Positions 37,941 through 51,281 of a DNA stretch of 64,000 nt are shown here, in pieces. Under the pieces are notes generated by a model that ran no database searches, was not told the origin of the DNA, and saw only the letters and a program-made list of their open reading frames with translations. Each line of letters starts with the position of its first letter. The first letter of the stretch is position 1. This stretch comes from Octopus sinensis (taxonomy: Eukaryota). The position numbers were made by a program, and so were the translations under genes. Where the stretch lies: assembly GCF_006345805.1 (NCBI RefSeq), contig NC_043006.1, positions 94,798,001 through 94,862,000 on the forward strand, given 5' to 3'.

Positions 37941-38039
37941 TGCCGAAAACTAAATGTCTTCACACACACACAAACACACACAGACACACACATACGCACA
38001 CATACACACACAGACACACACACACACACACACTTATAT

Positions 38040-38305
38040 ATTCTCTTTTACTCTTATTTGTTTCAGTCAATTGACTGCGGCCATGCTGGAGCACTACCTT
38101 TACTCGAACAAATCGATCCCAGGACTTATTTTTTGTAAGCTTAGTATTTATTCCATAGGTCTGTTTTGCGGAACCGATAAGTTACGGAGGACGTAAACAC
38201 ACCAACAGCGGTTGTCAAGCGATGGTGGTGGTGGTGGTGGTGGTGGGGACAAACACAGACACACAAACATATACATATATGGGTTTCTTTCAGTTTCCAT
38301 ACACA
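38040..38305 (-). mobile_element. SINE family A, headless
   Basis: gtttcagtcaattgactgcggccatgctggagcac...gggacaaacacagacac. Confidence 0.88.
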
Positions 38306-38316
38306 GACATTCACAT

Positions 38317-38392
<76 letters not shown>

Positions 38393-38834
38393 AGACATGG
38401 TTTTTCCAACTTCGTCGTTCGATGATAAAGATTCAGTCGTTTCCTCCTTTCAGTTGCTTACTGGTCAAGTAACGCGTAAACAGCTGACCACTCAACAGCA
38501 ACGCCCGCCGTAGACATCATTCTTCGGAAGAATGATCATGACCAATGTGCCCGACAATATTGTCCCTTTTCAATAGCGGATTCAGTCTTACCGACGGGTT
38601 TGTCTAGAGTTTCCGTCTACCAAATATAACATCGATCCGAGGGTAAGGAAATGAGTGCAGAAACGTCGCAAATACGAAGCGAATGACTACATCATCCTGA
38701 TTGGCCAATTCAATAAGATAATAAAAGAAAGCAAGATGTCACATCCATTAAAATATACGTAGGTATATTCGATACATATATTGCTGACTCATATCAATTG
38801 TTATGGTGTATATATACGTATATATATTTATTTC

Positions 38835-39035
38835 TTTACTGCCTACAGGGGGCTAAACATAGGGGGGACAAACAAGGATAAAGACCCCAGTGCGTAACTG
38901 GTACTTAATTTATCGACCCCGAAAGGATGAAAGGCAAAGTCGACCTACGCGGAATTTGAACTCAGAAGGTAACGGCAGACGAAATACCGCCAAACATTTC
39001 GCCCGGCATGCTAACGGTTCTGCCAGCTCGCTGCC
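38835..39035 (-). mobile_element. SINE family B
   Basis: ccccagtgcgtaactggtacttaatttatcgaccccgaaaggatgaaaggcaaagtcgacc...tctgccagctcg. Confidence 0.88.
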
Positions 39036-39774
39036 CTATATACGTATATATATATTTATACTGGCGTGACCCTGTCGTCAGCGTCTTGCAATACTGAGAT
39101 ACAAAGAATGACGAAAAACTTGTTGAAAAGTCATTTTCAAAACCAGATCTATGCATCGGAATGACTTTTGAGGAATTTTTAAACAACTTGAATATATCTG
39201 ATTTTGATTGGGAGACTAAAGTTCGCCTCCTGTCTCTAAGGCATCTATCCCAGTTTCAGTGAAAAAAATTTCACGTGCGTGAAGCCTGCAGTTTTCAGAC
39301 TGTGTTTTAATGGTTATCATGAAATGACCAAATATGCACTTGTACCTGTTTTGAAAGTAATCTCCTTATTTCACAGAAAATTCATCGTTGCAGTATAGTA
39401 AACTCTATTATTAAACAGCAAATACTTCTCACTTTCTAGAAAGCGATTCCAGAACAGCGTGAAAAATGCCTGCTTTCAATTTGTGTCTTATTAAGAGCGC
39501 TTCTCTATTTTGTTTCCGGGTGAGAGAAAAACGATTTAAAGGCACGACCGAAAATATCGTTATTATGCAGTTACATAACAGAAAATTCACTGGGAGCGTA
39601 AATTTAGTAAGTAATGAAGCAGCACGCATTCGGATAAATTTTGAAAAAGGTCACATGCGCACACATAATACTTAGTCTCATTGCTTTAATAGACCCTGCG
39701 GTTAATCCATAAATTCTTGAGACTAAAATAATTGTAATGTAGCAATACATTCTAACTTGCTATACATATATATA

Positions 39775-39825
<51 letters not shown>

Positions 39826-40699
39826 TATGCGTGTGTAAGTGTGTGTATTTGTGTGAGCGTGCGTGTGAATGTTGTAAGTAATCTTACTTTATTATCATTT
39901 CCCACTTCTAAGATTTTCATCAATAATTTTCCGTCATCTTCTCTCGGCTATGAAACGAAGGAAAGCAAAATGGCCGCTTTATCCTTGGAAACCATATTGA
40001 AAACGAGTTGAGAGGAAGAGATTTATATCATCCCCAAACGTACTGGAATGGAAATTATGTGTCATGCAAGACATGTTATTCAATAGACACGGCCTGGATC
40101 AAGTTGAATCACTTTTATTTAAAATAATTTCATATTTCTTTCTTAGTCCTTTATGTTTAGTTTTAAAACGTATTTTCTTAAGTTTGATAACATTTCAAAA
40201 TTTTCTAACCTTCATCTTGTGAATGAAATATTCACAGTGGAATATTGCAGAGAACTTTTTGGAGTGAGCATCAATGGATAAAGGGAAGGATTAACTGATG
40301 CATAAAATCATCATTGGTGGATCTAAACCTGTTCAGTAATAAATAACATTTCATTTTTTTCAGTTTAGCTTACGTTTGTTGAACTTCTGATTTGTATTTT
40401 ATGAGAGGTTACACATATAACTTCCACAGAAAATATTCTTATATTTTTGTGAAATTTTGTATCGCATGATAGGTTTATTAATTACTGATTTTTCAACATT
40501 ATTAATATGCGTAGTATGCGCTTTACTGCAAATGGTCATTTGACGACAGACGTGAAAGGGTTGTGCTGTGGTCGATGTAACACTTTGATTGACGAAGTTT
40601 CTTTCATATTACATTGTCTGAAAAATGTCCGGAGAAAACGTTTTTTGTCTTTCAGATCCGTAGTTACAGGTTGATGTATCTTCCATCTTTTACTTGTTT

Positions 40700-40890
40700 C
40701 ACTCGTTAGACTGCGGACATGCTGGGACAACACCTTGAAGGGTTTAGTTTTAAAAAGTTGACCGCAATGCTTATTAATTCTTCGTAAAGCTTGGTATTTA
40801 TTCTGTCGCTTCGCTTACCGACCTACTAAGTGTGGGGATGTGAAGACACCTACACCGATTTTCAAGGGGTTCTGGGGGACAAACACACAC
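40700..40890 (-). mobile_element. SINE family A, diverged partial
   Basis: gactgcggacatgctgg...gggacaaacacac. Confidence 0.65.
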
Positions 40891-41060
40891 ACGCACGCGC
40901 GCACATGGATTGAAATTAATCAAAGGATATATTATGTATGTCTATCTGCTGGAAATAACAATAAAAAATCTCATCTAAATCGCTGAAAAAGCTGATAATA
41001 ACTACAGAAATCAACTGTCCCCGGGCACAAAGGATATATATATATATATATATATATATG

Positions 41061-41561
41061 TATAAGAAAATAGTAAAGAGTGAAAAAACGACCGAAGGCT
41101 TAAATGTTAAAGAATATATATATTTGCGTCAATATGTCTGGAGAATATTGGAAAAAATTTTTTCCTTCTTATAATGACATAATTTTATAATTTTTAAAGA
41201 AAGACCGGTTTCGCATTTAGCTCTTCAAATTTCTTGCGACGTAATGTTTATCTTTAATAGCGTTATGCTTGTTTTTTGCTACGGAGAGTTCTAAATAAGG
41301 GAGGTAGTACGCACTACCTTCCCTTATTTAGAACTCTCCGTAGCAAAAAAACAAGCATAACGCTATTAAAGATAAACATTACGTCGCAAGAAATTTGAAG
41401 AGCTAAATGCGAAACCGGTCTTTCTTTAAAAATTATAAAATTATGTCATTATAAGAAGGAAAAAATTTTTCCAATATTCTCCAGACATATTGACGCAAAT
41501 ATATATATTCTTTAACATTTAAGCCTTCTGTCGTTTTTTCACTCTTTACTATTTTCTTATA
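41061..41561. repeat. Near-perfect palindrome, about 248-bp arms with 4-nt loop (41309-41312)
   Basis: tataagaaaatag...ggtagt / actacc...ctattttcttata; I see one substitution and one indel. Confidence 0.97.
41388..41426 (+). ncRNA. Degenerate minimal hammerhead motif (mirror copy at 41197-41235, -)
   Basis: aagaaa-t-TTGAAGA-gc/taaat/gc-GAAA-c cg g-TC-tttctt; C3U change and 1-nt bulge in stem I. Confidence 0.55.
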
Positions 41562-42176
41562 TATTCACCCACGTTCTTTCACAAACAAACTTTCTTATAT
41601 ATATGTATATATATTATGTACTTAAGTTTTTATCTGTACAACATACATGCACACGTACATACGTACATATATGCACACGCATACATGCAAACATGCATGC
41701 ATATGTCAATACACATAGAAGTAACGGAGAGATAGACAGAGCGGAATAAGGTCGTCTTTGCACTGGTGGCCAATTCTCTGAAAGAACAATGAATAAATTG
41801 ACTGAATTCTCTAAACAACAATATCAGAGTTAGCTGTTATAATACACATATCACATTTCACAACAAAAATAATGAGATGGTTGATTTTCAACTGACTCCA
41901 TTTTTCTGGGGGTTTACCGTTGAAATAAAGAAAAACATTGCCAACCACCTCTATAGCTAGAAGTCTCAATATACATATTTATAACTATCATCGAGGGATA
42001 TGCAAATATAGAACACGAAAACATACCATCATTGGCTAATTTATAGCTTTTCTAAATTGCTTTCTAGTCGAATTTAAGAGTTTCTGCGCACGTAAATTAA
42101 CGTTGAATTTGTCAATATTCAACCTACCTTTAGAAGTATGCGCATAATGTGCGTATGTAGATATTCATCTATGTAT

Positions 42177-42217
<41 letters not shown>

Positions 42218-42605
42218 GTATATATGTATGTATATATTATCTATCTATCTATCTATTTATCTACACACACACATACATACAGAAATACACTCATATGCGC
42301 ACATATATGAATATATATATATATATGCATATATGTATACACACACACACTCATATATATATATATACAATTTAATATATGTGTATATGTATGCATGTAT
42401 ATGTATATATGTGTGCATCTATGTATATAGATATATATAACTATGTATATGTGTATTTATGCATATATGTATGACTATATTTGTCTGTATGTATGTATGT
42501 ATGTATTTAACGATCTATCTATCTATCTATCTATCTATATATCTATCTATCTATCTATCTATCTATACGTAGATGTATGCACGTCTATATCAGAATGCAT
42601 GTACT

Positions 42606-42647
<42 letters not shown>

Positions 42648-43624
42648 TCTGTTTCATTATTATCGGATGTATTTGAAATTCAACGATTGTAGCTAAGAGG
42701 GAAAATTGCAGCTGCTCAAATTTATTTACACTTAGATGACACTAATATTGTATTAATCTGTCTTAATCAGCGTCCAACAGATATCATTACCCGGGAGGAA
42801 CAAAATTTGAAATAACTGAACGAATTCGAAGCTCGAAATGACAGGATATCAAACTCATTAAAGTATAATAATGCTCATATAAGCCAGGTTTATCCAGTAT
42901 TTAACACAATGAGGACGATATCTAGATAATTCTGTATACATTAATATTGTTTCTGTCGCTATTAATTATTTTTGATAGGCTCACTACTCATTTGTATTGT
43001 AACGTAGTTAATTGTCGCCAATTATTGTAGCATCGCCACTATTTATGACGATACGTGTTTAATCTATAACCGTGTAGTAATAATAAGCATATAACTAAGC
43101 AGGTTAACAACAACGTAACAGTCCAACAACTTGTCCACGAACTATACATGAACCAACAAACAATATTTCGACAAACTGTCAAAACGACACGTTACTACTT
43201 CCTGCGATTAACGCCTACTCTCTGCCTCTCACTCAGACCGCAACTATTCATAGTCTGGTCAAATCTATTCTCGCAGGGGGTGTCTTGTCCCTCACCATAA
43301 CAATTTGCCACAGTATTGTTTGAATAGACACTGAGATTCTATTTATATCGCTGACGGAGAAATCGCTACTTCGTCTAGCTAACAAAGGCATAGAAAAGCC
43401 TTAATCGCGTGACCTGACAGTACCGGCGGTGTCAGTGCTAGATTATCTCCCGCTAGTATTATAAACATGAGTGCTTATATGCACCGCAAGTCTATATGAG
43501 AGATTCCCTTAGGATTAGTAACGCAGTTTTTGGTGTTCTAAAACAACAACCAGTTTTAAGTGCGGATAAGCATTACGCTTTGGTAGCAATACTGCTTCTG
43601 TCGCTATTAATTATTTCTAATAAT

Positions 43625-44000
43625 TGTTTTACTTGTTTCAGTTATTTGACTGCGGCCATGCCGGAGCACCGTCTTTAGTCGAACAAATCGACCACGGGAC
43701 TTATTCTTTGTAAGCCTAGTACTTATCTTATCGGGCTGTTTGCCGAATCGCTATGTTACAGGGACATAAATACACCAGCATCGTTTGTTAAGCGATGGTG
43801 GGTAGACAAACACAAACACATGACTACAAACACACACATATATACATTTGTGTGTATACGACGGTCCTCTTCCAGTTTTCCGTCTACCAAATCCACTCAC
43901 AAGGCTTTGGTCGGCCCGAAGCTATAGTAGAAATCACTTGCCGAAGATGCCATGCAGTGGAACACAGAATCATGTGGTTGGGAAGCAGACGTCTTCCGCC
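43625..44000 (-). mobile_element. SINE family A
   Basis: Colinear with 4263-4676. Confidence 0.88.
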
Positions 44001-44744
44001 CATGTAGATGATTTTTAACTCAAGACCTACAATTTTGATTTACCAGAGCAGAGTGCGTTGGTGTAGAGGACCAATTAATGATTAAACAAAAGACGAAATT
44101 GCCTGGACATTGCCTAGACAAAACCGTAACGTGCCAATCTCATCACATCATGTAGAGGGTAAGGTAATAACTATCAAATTTTAAGGCATCTGCCTACGGT
44201 AAGAACCAAACGTTCACGATTCATTGTTAGAGAAAAAATATAATGAGATGTATGAAGTGTTGTAATAGAAACATAGGCGGTAGCGCACGATTATCTCCCG
44301 CTAGCAATATAAACACCAGTGTTTCATACACCACAATTCCATATGAGAGGTTTTCTCATGTTAAATAACCCAGAATTTTGTATTCTACAGTCACTTTTAA
44401 GTGGGAGATATATATTTCCTTTTGGCACTAATACTACTGCTATCACAATTAATTGCTTTATTTTACATAATTTGATCTACTGGTAGAAAGCACGAGAAAA
44501 GTAAATTTCCCTGTTGTTATGGACGATTGTACTTACAGGGGTTTCTTGCTGGAACTCATCAGCTCTCAGATGACATTACTTACGCATGCAGTATTTGTAG
44601 TTGTATATTGTGACTTTACGAAAGATTCCTGTCTTCGACATTATGTCTTGCATAATGATGGGCAACTACTTTCAACCATTGCGTTTCATGCATTCTTTTA
44701 TCACGTGTAAGATCTTTGTCCGTTCAGTTATTGTAGTTATACTC

Positions 44745-45115
44745 TCTCTTTTACTCTTTTACTTGTTTCAGTCATTTGACTGCGGCCATGCTGGAGCACC
44801 ACCGTTAGTCGAGCAAATCGACCCCGGGACTTATTCTTTGTAAGCCCAGTACTTATTCTATCGGTCTCTTTGGCCGAACCGCTAAGTGACGGGGACGTAA
44901 ACACACCAGCATCGGTTGTCAAGCAATGCTAGGGGGACAAACACAGACACACAAACATACACACACATATATATATACATACATATATACGACAGGCTTC
45001 TTTCAGTTTCCGTCTACCAAATCCACTCACAAGGCTTTCGTTGGCCCGAGGCTATAGTAGAAGACACTTGCCCAAGATGCCACGCAGTGGGACTGAACCC
45101 GGAACCATGTGGTTA
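44745..45115 (-). mobile_element. SINE family A (young-looking copy, head clipped)
   Basis: Very similar to 4263-4640; tail (aaaagagt)n. Confidence 0.92.
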
Positions 45116-45199
45116 TGCGTCTGCAAAATAAATGTACACACACGCACGCACGCACACACACACACAACACACACACACACACACACCACACACACACAC

Positions 45200-45510
45200 A
45201 GGTGCAGTAGTGGCTGTGGGGTAAGATATTCTCACATGAGTCCAGGCATCACACTGTGCCGCTGTAGGCAAGTGTCTTCTAATCTAGCCTCCGGCCGACC
45301 GTAGCTCTTTGAGAATATTTGGTAGATGGAAACTGAAAGAAGCTCGTCGTGTGTATGTATGTTTACATCCATATGTGTTTATCTCCCACATACACTTGAT
45401 AACCGGTGCTGGTGTGCATATGTCCGTAACATAGCGGATAAAAAAAAAGGTATCGATGAAATAAATAGCGGGTTTAAAAATTAGTTGCTGAAATCGACTA
45501 AAAATATACA
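45200..45510 (+). mobile_element. SINE family A, diverged
   Basis: ggtgcagtagtggctgtggggtaag...gcaagtgtcttct...ggtagatggaaactgaaagaagc. Confidence 0.8.
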
Positions 45511-45561
45511 TAAGGGTGTGTATCTGTGTGTGTGTGTGTGTGTGTGTGTTAGTGTTTGTGT

Positions 45562-45604
<43 letters not shown>

Positions 45605-45697
45605 TGAGGGTGAAAAATTGAATATTAATTTGTTAACATCAATTTAACACCAGTGGACTAGCATATTAAAAAAACCGAGGTTCAGTAAATAGTATTA

Positions 45698-45781
<84 letters not shown>

Positions 45782-45802
45782 TATATATAATATATATATA
45801 TA

Positions 45803-46069
45803 TACACACATCACACATATATACATAGATACATAGATATCTATATCTATCTGTCTATCAATCTATCTCATCTACCTCACTATATATATACACGCTCAAA
45901 CACGCTCATACATACATGCATATATATATATTATATATATATATATATACATATATACACACATCACACATATATACATAGATACATAGATATCTATATC
46001 TATCTGTCTATCAATCTATCTCATCTACCTCACTATATATATACACGCTCAAACACGCTCATACATACA

Positions 46070-46078
<9 letters not shown>
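45803..46078. repeat. Tandem duplication, 153-bp period
   Basis: cacacatcacacatatatacatagatac...cacgctcatacatacatgca occurs twice, apparently identical. Confidence 0.9.
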
Positions 46079-46118
<40 letters not shown>

Positions 46119-46639
46119 GTGTGTTTGTGTGTAGGGGGTTATAGGCGCATCCTAAAACCCTTCTCGTGGGCAACATAAAATATTCATCCCCAGTTATTTT
46201 CCATAAATAACGCTCCTCATAGAAACGAGAAAAATCTTCAAACACAATACGCAACACGCCATACGACCAAAATAGAATCCTGCATCAAACAAGTGTACAC
46301 CAACAATAACAACAACAACTACAACAACCACGGCAACAAAAACAAAAACAGCAAATATACCATACAAACTGAAAGCAAGCAAACCTTTGTATCGACCAAA
46401 AACCACAAATGCACGACCCTCCCCAACACACACAGACATACTCTCACAACACATACAATGCATTCGCGCGTATATTAATGCAATATGGTTGAATTAGTGC
46501 ATTTTTGGGATCAACTTACGTAGGCAATAAAACAATAGGGAGTTCGAAGGAAGAAATAAACCTCAATTTTCTGTTACACAATTTTGGATCTGGAGAAAAT
46601 ACGGCAATGACCAGAATCTAAAACTATTTGTAGTATATT

Positions 46640-46750
46640 TTCAATATAGGAATAAGACCTGAAATTTTGGGAGACGACGGCAGCCGATTACATTGATCCC
46701 AGTGTTTAGCTGGTACTTATCGATCCAGAGAGTAAGAAAGGCAACGTTGA
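46640..46750 (-). mobile_element. SINE family B, diverged fragment
   Basis: gatcccagtgtttagctggtacttatcgatcc...gaaaggcaacgttgacc. Confidence 0.6.
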
Positions 46751-46976
46751 CCAAACATTGAAACAGGTAATAAAGATTATCTTCAAAGGTTTCAACCATC
46801 TATACAGTCTGCACATACTTACAACCAACGTAAGCTGCAGAAAACGTTAACCTGAAGGAAACTTATGATGCCGTTGTATACATGCATACATAAATACAAA
46901 TATACATGTATACACACATGTGTATATACACATATGCACACATGCACATACATATGTATATATATATTATATATAT

Positions 46977-47011
<35 letters not shown>

Positions 47012-47689
47012 TTATGTATATACGAAAGTAGTATAAGCAACCAAGTATCGTTTTGATGCTAATCTTCTTCAGCAAAATCTAGACGCCGTCATGATTTTTT
47101 CCTTAAGCGGGATAAAAACACCATATTATGAAAAACATGTTTTTACACGAAGAAATGAAAGAAAAAACAATCATTGAAATATAACAGATCAAGTTCTTGA
47201 GAAGAAACCCTATAGCTATCTCACCAAAGAAATAAAGAAAAAGAAAAGAGGGGTAGAATTAAGCAACATAAAATGAGGGCGCAGGAAATTACAGGTTGTC
47301 CACCCCAGGCCAAATAGCCTGTTCAGTCACATCGAGCGGGAATAAATGCAAAGGTCTTGTAAAGGAAAATGGCCAGCGGAGCTCATTTTCCAAAGAGGTC
47401 GCAGTTATCCCGAATTTGCGGAGAAAATGCGCTGATGAAAGTAACATGCAACTTCATGCAAGACATTTCTAAGCCCTCTGATATCAACCATATTGTACCA
47501 GCACATGCAACTATTTTGGATTAGAATATTTTGGATATTTTGGACTAGAAGGAATGACAGTCCCTGAGTGAAACCCAAAGCGTGATTTTGGTATTGATAT
47601 AAGGAAAGTGAGCAAAATGTCTGTTCGTAGGATGAAACGAAGTGTCACTAGCAAAATGTGCTTCGTAAAATTAGATATATATATACAGG

Positions 47690-47960
47690 CGAAGACGTGG
47701 TTTTGTGGTAGGAAGTTTACTTCTCAGCGACATAGTTTTGGGTTCGGTCCCACTGCGTGGTACCAAGGGCAAGTGTCTTCTACTATAGCCTTAAGCCGAC
47801 TAAAGACTTATGGTTAGTAGATCGGCAAAAGTGTCCGACAGACTAAGTACCAAGCCTTAAATAATTAGAACTGGGGGTAAATACATTCTATTAAAAATTC
47901 TTCAAAGTGGTGCCCCAGGATGGGCGTAGTCTAATGACTGAAACAAGTAAAAGATAAAAG
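47690..47960 (+). mobile_element. SINE family A with internal deletion
   Basis: tggtaggaagtttactt...ggtcccactgcgtgg...ggtgccccaggatgg...taatgactgaaacaagtaaaagataaaag. Confidence 0.85.
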
Positions 47961-48354
47961 ATCAACAATGAGTGCGTGTGTGTGTGTGTGTGTGTGTGTG
48001 CGTGTGTGTGTGTGTGTTTGATATGCCTGCATGACTCTGTATCTAGGTTTTAAAAATATTCAGTCACACAAATAGACACGGCGCCGATCGTTTTCATTTC
48101 TCTACCTCACACTCCCCTAATTTCTCCTCTCCCCTTCACCCGCCTGAAATTTTATATTTCGATTAGATTGTCGTCCATGTTATATCGTGTGTACAATAGA
48201 TTTTGTATCCTATTAAATGGAGTCGACTATGGCCGATTTAGTAGAGAACACTGAGTTAGTTATCTACGAAATTAACCAACTGGAAGCGAACAGAAAACAC
48301 ACACACACGCGGACACACGTGTGTGCATGTGTAAGTATTGGTAGTTGAGCGTGC

Positions 48355-48357
48355 ATA

Positions 48358-48404
<47 letters not shown>

Positions 48405-48594
48405 TATATATATATATATACACACACCATATATATATGTACATATATACACACACACATATATATATGTACATATATATACACACACACATATATATAT
48501 ACATATATATATATATAAATACATATACATATATATATATACATATATATATATATACACATATATAAATACATAGATATACACACACGCACAG

Positions 48595-48625
<31 letters not shown>

Positions 48626-48679
48626 CATGTATACACATATATATACACACATATATAGATACATATATATATATATAAT

Positions 48680-48727
<48 letters not shown>

Positions 48728-49059
48728 GATATATATTTATATATACTTATAAGCATATGCGTATATATAATATCTTCACATTAATCCAAGACAGAAATTC
48801 TCGTTTTCCGCTTTTTCTTTTCCTTGTCTCTTTTGTTACTTTCCCATATCATGCAATTATCCATCTTTCTATTATTTTCGTCTTAGTCTCTCTATCTCTG
48901 CCCAAATTTTCTCCTACTTCGTTATCTATATAAATATCTAAGTACACAAGCGCACACGCATGTATATAAATTACACACATATCTATGTATGTGTGTATTT
49001 ATGTATGTATGTATGTATGTTTATGTATGTATGCATGTAAATAAATAAATATATATCTA

Positions 49060-49158
<99 letters not shown>

Positions 49159-49480
49159 ATATATATATATGTATATATATGTATAAATATATATATGTGT
49201 GCGTGTGTGTGTGTATACTAAGTTAGATAGATAACTAGCTAGACAGAAAGAGAGGGGAGAGGGAGAGTGGGGGATATCTATGTATATACATATATACATA
49301 TATATGTATAAGTATATATATGTATATATATATATATATATACATACATATTTATAAGTATATATATATATATATATGTACGTACATACATATATATATA
49401 TATGTGTGTGTTTGTGTGTACGTACATACATATATGTATATACATATATATATAGAGAGATAGACAGACAGACATACAGC

Positions 49481-49516
<36 letters not shown>

Positions 49517-49520
49517 CTGA
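48355..49520. repeat. Compound (TA)n/(CA)n/(TATC)n microsatellite field
   Basis: Directly visible, with a short unique interval at about 48770-48950. Confidence 0.9.
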
Positions 49521-50789
49521 CTGATTGATTGACAAAATCTCTAACTATATACATGCGTGCAGTTATGAACATAACCGCATATTCATAAATATACATTAGT
49601 ATAGACATACACCTCCACGCACGGACACACTTACGGAGATATATATGCGCGTATATATTTGTATGTTTATCCAACCCACTCACCCCGCACACTAACCAAA
49701 CGCACATTATCTATCTTTATCTCGTCTTCTTGTTCAATTGACCGCAAACAGCCAAAAGTTGATAGGATCTGCTGGAATAATGCTGCCAGTGAAGAGTTTT
49801 AAATAACTAAAATGAAAAGTCGGTCTTTGATTCTTCACTAATGCTTCTTTGATGCTGGCTCCGTCTTTTATACTCTATTACGTAAGAATCTACTCCAAAC
49901 TAACAATCCAATTACTCTAGCAAACGATGCTACTTAATGAACTGAGAATACTTGACCGAGTGTGAATGATCGTAAGAATGGAATAGAAGGTTGTAAGAAC
50001 GAATGAATGAAAACGAATACGTCTAATGGATTCCGGATCTTACCTAACGAGAGAATGAAAATTTTAAGGTTTGACAGAATAAAGGAACAGAAGAATAAAT
50101 CAAGAAATGATTAATGTTACGTTTGACTACAATGGTGACACAAAATTAAGTTTTAAGTCTCTGTTGTGTTGCTTCATTCATCGTTGTTATGGCTGTTTTT
50201 AATCTGCAGTCATCCGTGATTGATCATACGTGCAGTCAAAGATGTTGCAACTGTGACCACCTCGTAGTTGTTCATGCCCGTCACTGTACAATGCATCGTG
50301 TCCTTTTCTTTTTCAACCAGTTTAGTGTAATTAAGAGAGATTGAACAGCTATTTCTTGCAGGCCAGGCCAACCGCACCAAACCCCTGTTGGTGTTCGGGA
50401 AGTGGTTGTGGTATCTGTGTTATTGTTATAATATCGATTATAGTTATTCTTGTTATTCAATTGGTTGTAGTGTTGGTGGAGTTGGTGGTCGCTGGCGTCG
50501 GGGCAACTACCTGCTTTGTAGCACTGCTTCTACTTCTGATGGTGATGGTTGCATCATTGTTTATAATGATGGTAGTGGTGGCGGTGGTTTTATTTTCGAT
50601 TTAACGACAGTTGTAGCACTAGTGGTGTGGTTTTTGCTGATGCCCTCACCATTCATCGTTGTTGTGACTGCTTGGGCGGGAGTATTGGGGGTCATTGTGG
50701 CGAGACTTTTTTGTTCTTTTTGCGTTGTATTTCTTTAGATCGTAATAGTGGTTAGAGTAATACAATTCTATATTTAAAAGAAGAGGAAT

Positions 50790-50945
50790 TATGTACATTA
50801 TTTACATTCGACGGATATTTATCCTCATCTTCTTTGCTGTTAACACAACGTTTCGGCTTATATACCCTCCGGTCTTCATAAGGTGTCTTGGGGAAATTTC
50901 GAACACCTGGATTCTCATTCGTAATGTATTTTTCGATGTTGTTGT
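50790..50945 (-). mobile_element. Short (AAT)n-associated repeat carrying a decayed hammerhead (50843-50886)
   Basis: acac-CTTATGA-a-gacc...agcc-GAAAC-GT-T-gtgt. Confidence 0.75.
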
Positions 50946-50971
50946 TGTTGTTATTATTATTATTATTATTA

Positions 50972-51005
<34 letters not shown>

Positions 51006-51015
51006 TTTTTTTTTT

Positions 51016-51227
51016 CTTCTTTCATATTTGCTTCCATTTCTTGCCGGGTGTCTTCCCGACTCCTAGGGCAAAGAACTCATAGTATACATTGGTAGGCCAT
51101 TAACCAAACTCAATAGTTCGTTCATTTTTTTTTCTTTCTTTAAATACATGAGCAGCAACACAGTTCTCACATCGACAATGCTCTTCTCAATACGTGTGAT
51201 GTACCAGTTAAGACAATCTTTTGCACT
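51016..51227 (-). mobile_element. R4/Dong-type subfamily 2, 3' fragment in (ATT)n
   Basis: VQKIVLTGTSHVLRRALSM* plus 3' UTR (ctttgccctagga); related to 52419-52630. Confidence 0.8.
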
Positions 51228-51281
51228 ATTATTATTATTATTATATTATTATTATATTATTTATTATATTATTATTATTAT

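Noticed and set aside
38390-38720. Apparent minus-strand exons (DDVVIRFVFATFLHSFPY...; MMSTAGVAVEWSAVYALLD)
   Set aside because: Overlap SINE-A-like sequence (agtttccgtctaccaaat), the first hits a stop, and they probably belong to a repeat
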